Shown here piece after piece: positions 58,907 through 64,000 of a stretch of DNA of 64,000 bases (position 1 is its first letter; each line of letters begins with the position of its first letter). The position numbers and the translations under genes are program-made. The notes under the pieces are model-generated. The model had not been told where the DNA came from. It did not search any database and saw nothing but the letters and a program-made list of their open reading frames with translations. The DNA is from Candidatus Doudnabacteria bacterium (GTDB taxonomy: Bacteria > Patescibacteriota > Doudnabacteria > UBA920), in the NCBI GenBank assembly GCA_963768175.1, contig CAVYGQ010000001.1, positions 446,305-510,304 on the forward strand, written 5' to 3'.

Positions 58907-58998
58907 GGCGTCATCCTGAGGAGTGCAGCCGACGAAGGATCTCGTCTGAGGTTAATAGATTCTTCGCCCTCAGATGCATTCGGGCTCAGAATGACGCC
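58907..58998. repeat. Family D MITE-like element in the bshB-bshA intergenic spacer
   Basis: gggcgtcatcctgag...ctcagaatgacgcc. Confidence 0.75.
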
Positions 58999-59011
58999 AA
59001 GGGTACGACTA

Positions 59012-60145
59012 ATGAAAAATCTCAAGATTGGCATAGTCTGCTACCCGTCCATAGGCGGCAGCGGTATTGTAGCCACAAGTTTGGGAAAAGCTTTGGCGGA
59101 ACTCGGGCACGAGGTCCATTTTATTTCTTACGAGCAGCCTTTCCAACTGGATTTGAACAAGCCAAACCTCCAATTCCACAAAGTTAATATTAACGAATAC
59201 ACGCTGTTCAAATATCCCGATTACACCCTGCCTTTGGCTGAAACAATTGTAATGGTACACGCACGCTATAAATTGGACGCGCTCCACGTGCACTACGCGG
59301 TGCCCCACGCCACGGCAGCGCTTTTGGCCAAACGCATCATGCTTGCAAACCGCCAGGAGCCGCCCAAAGTTATAACCACCCTGCACGGCACGGACGTTAC
59401 CCTTTTGGCGCGCGACCCAAATTTGTTTTCCGTCATAAAATATTCCATTGAACGTTCCGACTGTGTCACGGCGGTATCTGAAAATCTCAAAAAAGAAACC
59501 GTCAAAACTTTGGAAACCAAAAAAGGAATTGAAGTAATTTACAATTTTTATACCCCCCTGCCTCCCACGATTCCCCGCGAAAAAGTACGTCAAAGATTAA
59601 ATATTAAAGACCACGATTCCCTTGCCATCCATCTTTCCAACCTTCGCCCTGTCAAGCGCATTCCCGATTTGCTAAAAATTGCAGCTCTGTTAAAAAACCG
59701 TCATAATTTTAAATTACTCATATTGGCCGGGGGGTCATTTGCCAAATACCAGCCACTGATAAAAAAACTTAAGCTTAAAAATATTATAGTTAAAAAAAAT
59801 ATTAAAGACGTAGAAAATTATTTAAACGCCGCCGACCTTGGCATATATACTTCCGAAGAAGAAAGTTTTGGCATGGGCATATTGGAAACCATGAGCTACG
59901 GCAAGCCGGTTTTGGCCACAAATGCGGGGGGCGTGCCGGAAGTCATGCAAAGCGGAAAAGAAGGTTTCTTGCTCAAAGTCGGCGATGTTAAAGGCTTTGC
60001 CGATAAAATAAAACTGCTGATGAACGAACCCAAACTTGCAAATAAACTCGGCCAAAATGCCGCCAGACGAGCTAAAGAAAAATTCTCGGCTGGGGTTATT
60101 GTAAAACAATACCTAAAACTTTACCGCCACGCCTGCGGGCAATAA
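59012..60145 (+). CDS. bshA: N-acetyl-alpha-D-glucosaminyl L-malate synthase (GT4 glycosyltransferase BshA)
   Basis: 377 aa. The N-terminus MKNLKIGIVCYPSIGGSGIVATSLGKALAELGHEVHFI...HVHYAVPHA matches the BshA hallmark. The ORF-track start at 58664 is upstream read-through across the repeat. Confidence 0.8.
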   Translation: MKNLKIGIVCYPSIGGSGIVATSLGKALAELGHEVHFISYEQPFQLDLNKPNLQFHKVNINEYTLFKYPDYTLPLAETIVMVHARYKLDALHVHYAVPHATAALLAKRIMLANRQEPPKVITTLHGTDVTLLARDPNLFSVIKYSIERSDCVTAVSENLKKETVKTLETKKGIEVIYNFYTPLPPTIPREKVRQRLNIKDHDSLAIHLSNLRPVKRIPDLLKIAALLKNRHNFKLLILAGGSFAKYQPLIKKLKLKNIIVKKNIKDVENYLNAADLGIYTSEEESFGMGILETMSYGKPVLATNAGGVPEVMQSGKEGFLLKVGDVKGFADKIKLLMNEPKLANKLGQNAARRAKEKFSAGVIVKQYLKLYRHACGQ

Positions 60146-60222
60146 ATTATATAACAAAGCAAGACGGCCTTTTGGTTAAACCAAAAGGCCGTCTTTTATC
60201 AATTAACAATAATACATTCTGC

Positions 60223-60840
60223 TTATTTCTTTTTCCATTCAAGCAATTTCCCCGCTTCAATTTCAATCTTGTCGGCTTCTCGTAAATTCCTGATTTGCGT
60301 GGGCGTCAATATTTTATAATGCCTAGCCTTGTCCAAATATTGCGGCAATTCCGTCAAATCTTTTTTCGTAGTCCGCCAGTTTAAATAATTAATCCGGTTA
60401 ACATTAAACGGCACCGAATACTCCAACAAGGTCTTTTTGCCGTTGTCCAAAAAATATTCGTGGAAATAAGAAAGCGCCAATTCACGCAAGGTTTTGTATA
60501 TGGGTTCCCGATACCGCAAAACCGCATGATTGGTTTTACTTATAGCGCCCCAGCAGCCCAATTTTTTAAATAAAGCCACTACGTGATCTAAATCGCTAGA
60601 TGCCGATCGCAAATCCATAAGCAGCGGCTTCTGGCCGTGAAATTCCAAAATCGCGGCGGCAAGCAACGCGCCTTCCATACAGTGGGCTTTGCCGAGCCGC
60701 AAAACCATCCGCGGGCTGCGGCATTCCACGCCGTCTTTGGCCGGATTGTGCCTGATTTTAAACGCCAAAAAATCCTGAATTTTTTGTGGGGTATTGAGCT
60801 TCTTAAAAATTTTTATTTCTTCCTGCCCATATCTTTCCAT
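60223..60840 (-). CDS. Hypothetical protein with conserved Cys/His (GKAHCMEGA ... LDHVVALF), possible papain-like fold
   Basis: 205-aa ORF. Confidence 0.45.
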   Translation of the reverse strand: MERYGQEEIKIFKKLNTPQKIQDFLAFKIRHNPAKDGVECRSPRMVLRLGKAHCMEGALLAAAILEFHGQKPLLMDLRSASSDLDHVVALFKKLGCWGAISKTNHAVLRYREPIYKTLRELALSYFHEYFLDNGKKTLLEYSVPFNVNRINYLNWRTTKKDLTELPQYLDKARHYKILTPTQIRNLREADKIEIEAGKLLEWKKK

Positions 60841-60878
60841 ACGGTAATTTTAGCACATCCCAAAGGCCCCAAACCACC

Positions 60879-61589
60879 CTACTGCATAACCCGCAGGGCG
60901 ACTAAGCTGCCAACCGGCAAAGCCCGGTCCGCGGCATTGGCCTTAACCACGTTGGAGAAATCATTATCGCGGTGCCAGCTGTTGTAGACCGGCAAGGAAG
61001 GATAGCCGTGCTTTTGGCTATCGACGCCAAGCCAATAAATCGTGCCGTTGTCGTTAATATTCACGCCAGACAGGTGGGCGGCCGTGGGGTTGCCCAAATT
61101 GGCCGCTTTGGGCAAACTTTGCAGTTCGGGGTCGGTAACAATTAAGACATTGGCAAAACTAAAGCCCAGGGCCTTAAAGACATTTTCGGAGATAAAGGCA
61201 TACCTTTGGCTGTTGGAAATCAGGTAAACGGTCTTGTCCTGGCTGGATTTAACCAAATAACCGTCGCCGGGCAAAAGCAGGGAGCCGGGGGCAATGGCGA
61301 GGTCTGAGGCTTGGGCGGCTTTGGCATCAGAAAAGTCAAAGCCATAGCTATAGAGGATACCGGGAGAGGTTATGCCGAATCTCTGGCCTTGTTTGATGAG
61401 ATAGAAGGTGCCGTTGCTGTTGATTAACCTTAAGCCTGGCAAGGAAGCCTGCCCGCCGGTATTGCCGGATGAAGTTGCGGCGGGGATATAGACAGTCACA
61501 GGGGATGAGCCGCCACCGGATGAGCTTCCTCCCCCACCACCACCGCCTCCACCGCCACCACCACCGGAAGAAGGAGGGGCGGCCGTCAC
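60879..61589 (-). CDS. C-terminal portion (Gly-rich linker plus 200-aa domain) of the large surface protein, separated from 61682..63982 by a 1-nt frameshift
   Basis: The in-frame upstream translation of this ORF continues the third Ig-like repeat (..GATIAIDNNIGDVSSLSSKSISPASTVTYTLTATNSAGTATAQVTISVTAAPPSSGGGG..). Confidence 0.5.
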   Translation of the reverse strand: MTAAPPSSGGGGGGGGGGGGGSSSGGGSSPVTVYIPAATSSGNTGGQASLPGLRLINSNGTFYLIKQGQRFGITSPGILYSYGFDFSDAKAAQASDLAIAPGSLLLPGDGYLVKSSQDKTVYLISNSQRYAFISENVFKALGFSFANVLIVTDPELQSLPKAANLGNPTAAHLSGVNINDNGTIYWLGVDSQKHGYPSLPVYNSWHRDNDFSNVVKANAADRALPVGSLVALRVMQ

Positions 61590-61681
61590 GCTAATTGTGA
61601 CTTGAGCCGTGGCTGTGCCCGCGCTGTTGGTAGCCGTTAGCGTGTAAGTTACGGTGGAAGCCGGGGAAATAGATTTTGAGC

Positions 61682-63982
61682 TTAAGGAAGAAACGTCGCC
61701 GATATTATTATCAATGGCAATGGTAGCGCCGGGGTGCCGGAAACACTCCAGGACAAAGATGCTGCCGCTCCGGCCGTAATAGAGGAAGGCGAGGCGGTAA
61801 AGGAAGCAATGGACGGCGGGGTGGAAGTGGGCAAAACTACGGTATTGTTGACTGTAACCGTGGTTTGGGCCGTAGCTGTCCCGCCGGAGCCGGTGGCCGT
61901 TAGGGTGTAGGTGGTGGTTACGGTTGGGCTGACGGATTTGGAATTTCCGGTTACTGTGCCAATGCTGTTATCTATGGATAAAGAAGTTGCGTTGGTTGTG
62001 CTCCATGACAAAGTTGAGGATTGCCCGGAAGTAATGCCGGAGGGGGAAGCGGTAAAGGAACTAATAACCGGGGCCGGGGGTGGGGGCAAACTTAAAGTTG
62101 TAAAAGTAAAGTCGGGGGAAGAAGTACTGTTGCTACTGCCGTCAATGGATGTAACTTTAAAATGATAGGTGGTGGCAGCGGACAAACCAGTCAAGATAGT
62201 GCTGTGGGAGATGGTTAAGGGGCTGTTATCCAGCAGGGCTGAAGAAGAACCATAACTGGCGGTTGTGCCATAGAAAACCTGCCCATTGGTAACCACATTG
62301 GTCTGCCAGGAGATTTGGGTGGTGGTGGCGGTAGTATTGGAGCCAAGTAGGTTAGAGATGGTTGGAAGCAACGGGTTTACTGTAACTGTGGTTTGGGCGG
62401 TCACGGAGCCGGAACTATTTGTGGCAGTCAGCGTATAAGTTGTTGTTTGGGTAGGCGAAACGGATTTGGTAGACAGTGAGGTCACGTCCCCTACCGAATT
62501 ATTTATGGACACCAAAGTTGCTCCGGAAACCGACCACGACAAAGTGGCCGACGAGCCGGAGGTTATGGACGAAGGCGAAACGGAAAAAGAAGAAATGACC
62601 GGCGGGTTGGAAACCGGCGGCGTATAGCTCGACAGGTATTCGTAAGCGCCGATATCTAAACCGGAACCTTGGGGTCGGAGTGTGCCGGAAACATCCATGG
62701 CCAATCCGGAAATGGCCGTACCGGCGTCTATGGCCGGGCTGCCAGCCAGCAAATGTGCATCGCCTCCAGCGGTGCTCGTTAATTTCGGGTCCTGGTTAAC
62801 GGAGCCGGTAACCAAATTCGTAAATGTCGGGGCTCCGGCGCCGTAAACCAAATTGTTTGAGCCGGTGAGGTTCGGGCAAACCGAAGCGGAATCTCCGCTT
62901 GTGCAGGAATGATAACTGGTTTGGCTGCTTTCCTCGTAAAAATAAGGGCTGCCAGAGCTTAAAATAATATTGTTGCGCAACCGGTCAATCAAGGCCTGTC
63001 CCTGATGAACCTCAAAGCTGCCGCCAAAACCCGGACCGCCGCTGTAATTAAATACGGTATTATTATAAAAATCAACGTAGCCGGACCCTACGCCGTGCGA
63101 CTGGTCATAATCCGAACTGTCCGCGCGGTAAATCGCGCCGTCCATCCCCTTGCCGTCCATTCCGGTGTTATAAACCACATTATTGTAAACGCTGACCGGC
63201 CCTTGAGACGGGTCTACCGTATCTATAATTATTCCTTCTTCCGCTATGTTATGCACTACGTTATCGTGGATACTGATGTCATACATTACATAGCCGTTGC
63301 CGGAAGAAAGCGGCGAAGAATGAATTTGGATGCCGGATCTGCCTTTAGCGTTATTGACCATATTCCAACCGACTTCCAAATGGTTGCTGTCCGTGCCGGG
63401 ATACAGCCCCTGCTGGAGACGGTCGGTGCTGGCCAAAGCCAGGTCGTGGCAATTATTACCCAGAACTTTTGTATAAGTGGACATTTCCACCCCAAGAGCC
63501 GAGCCCCCGCCGCTGCCCCCGCCGGCCTGCGGATTGGACACGTCGTTGCCGATAATCCGCCAATAACTGCTGGGACCATTGGTTTGTAACGGCTGCGGGC
63601 CCCGTAAATTTAATTCCGCTATCACCCAATTGCCTCCGCAAGCTCCGCTGCCGGCGGTAAAATCCGTGCCTTCTATACCGTAGCCGGGGGAATTACCGGA
63701 CGACCCCACCGTAACCGTGGCTCCGGGATATGCGATTAGGGCTTTTTGATTTGTAGCCGTGCCCTGGCACCATTCACCGCGCAACAAAACAGCCGCGCCC
63801 CAGCCCTGCCCGTCGTCAACCGTGGCGCTCACGCCGTTTTCGGCGTATATGGTTGCGCCGGCTCCCGCGGTCTGTACGGCGTGCGGCAAAGTTTTCCATG
63901 GCGCGGCAAAACTGCCGGCATTGGAATCACTACCGCCGGTAGACACAAAATAAATGTTGCCCGACCGGACCGCAAACGGCAA
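61682..63982 (-). CDS. Large secreted protein with a right-handed beta-helix (pectate-lyase-like) N-terminal region and three Ig-like ~95-aa repeats. Prematurely terminated by a frameshift near 61735
   Basis: Parallel beta-helix repeat signatures (NNVVYNTG.., NNIILSSG..). Repeats PPVISSF.ASPS.ITSG.S.TLSWS..ATS.SI.N.IG.V......VSPT.TTTYTLTAT. Confidence 0.6.
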   Translation of the reverse strand: MPFAVRSGNIYFVSTGGSDSNAGSFAAPWKTLPHAVQTAGAGATIYAENGVSATVDDGQGWGAAVLLRGEWCQGTATNQKALIAYPGATVTVGSSGNSPGYGIEGTDFTAGSGACGGNWVIAELNLRGPQPLQTNGPSSYWRIIGNDVSNPQAGGGSGGGSALGVEMSTYTKVLGNNCHDLALASTDRLQQGLYPGTDSNHLEVGWNMVNNAKGRSGIQIHSSPLSSGNGYVMYDISIHDNVVHNIAEEGIIIDTVDPSQGPVSVYNNVVYNTGMDGKGMDGAIYRADSSDYDQSHGVGSGYVDFYNNTVFNYSGGPGFGGSFEVHQGQALIDRLRNNIILSSGSPYFYEESSQTSYHSCTSGDSASVCPNLTGSNNLVYGAGAPTFTNLVTGSVNQDPKLTSTAGGDAHLLAGSPAIDAGTAISGLAMDVSGTLRPQGSGLDIGAYEYLSSYTPPVSNPPVISSFSVSPSSITSGSSATLSWSVSGATLVSINNSVGDVTSLSTKSVSPTQTTTYTLTATNSSGSVTAQTTVTVNPLLPTISNLLGSNTTATTTQISWQTNVVTNGQVFYGTTASYGSSSALLDNSPLTISHSTILTGLSAATTYHFKVTSIDGSSNSTSSPDFTFTTLSLPPPPAPVISSFTASPSGITSGQSSTLSWSTTNATSLSIDNSIGTVTGNSKSVSPTVTTTYTLTATGSGGTATAQTTVTVNNTVVLPTSTPPSIASFTASPSSITAGAAASLSWSVSGTPALPLPLIIISATFLP

Positions 63983-64000
63983 GCCGTTGGAAGTCCCGTT

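Overview
This window looks like a monoderm, reduced-genome bacterium, possibly CPR/Patescibacteria-like; that placement is inference. Coding sequence is about 50% GC and intergenic DNA is AT-rich. Genes recognised from their translations: a Gram-positive-type type IV secretion (T4SS)-like locus from about 1 to 16,300 with a secreted LysM-CHAP hydrolase at 21,004. Housekeeping genes include rsmA/ksgA, a UvrD-like helicase, recO, mnmA, hisS, pcm, dacA, a dsbA-like gene and the proB-proC-proA operon. Notable metabolic genes include an H+-pyrophosphatase, an archaeal-type PEP carboxylase, a type II glutamine synthetase, a PfkB kinase and bshB-bshA. Three tRNA genes were found by manual folding. 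One of them, a tRNA-Gly(CCC), is interrupted in its anticodon loop by a 119-nt insert that itself carries a second complete tRNA-Gly(CCC). The window is dense with short dispersed repeats in at least six families. Several of these sit inside coding sequences in frame: the sugar kinase, mnmA, rsmA and several T4SS-region proteins. This resembles Rickettsia palindromic elements. Other observations: heptanucleotide microsatellites, two single-nucleotide frameshifts at 4-nt G/C runs, a GC-rich lipoprotein islet, and a GC-rich noncoding block upstream of glnII. No CRISPR array, rRNA, transposase or integrase was seen. A long ORF on the minus strand at 1..1297 is missing from the supplied ORF track because its stop lies outside the window.
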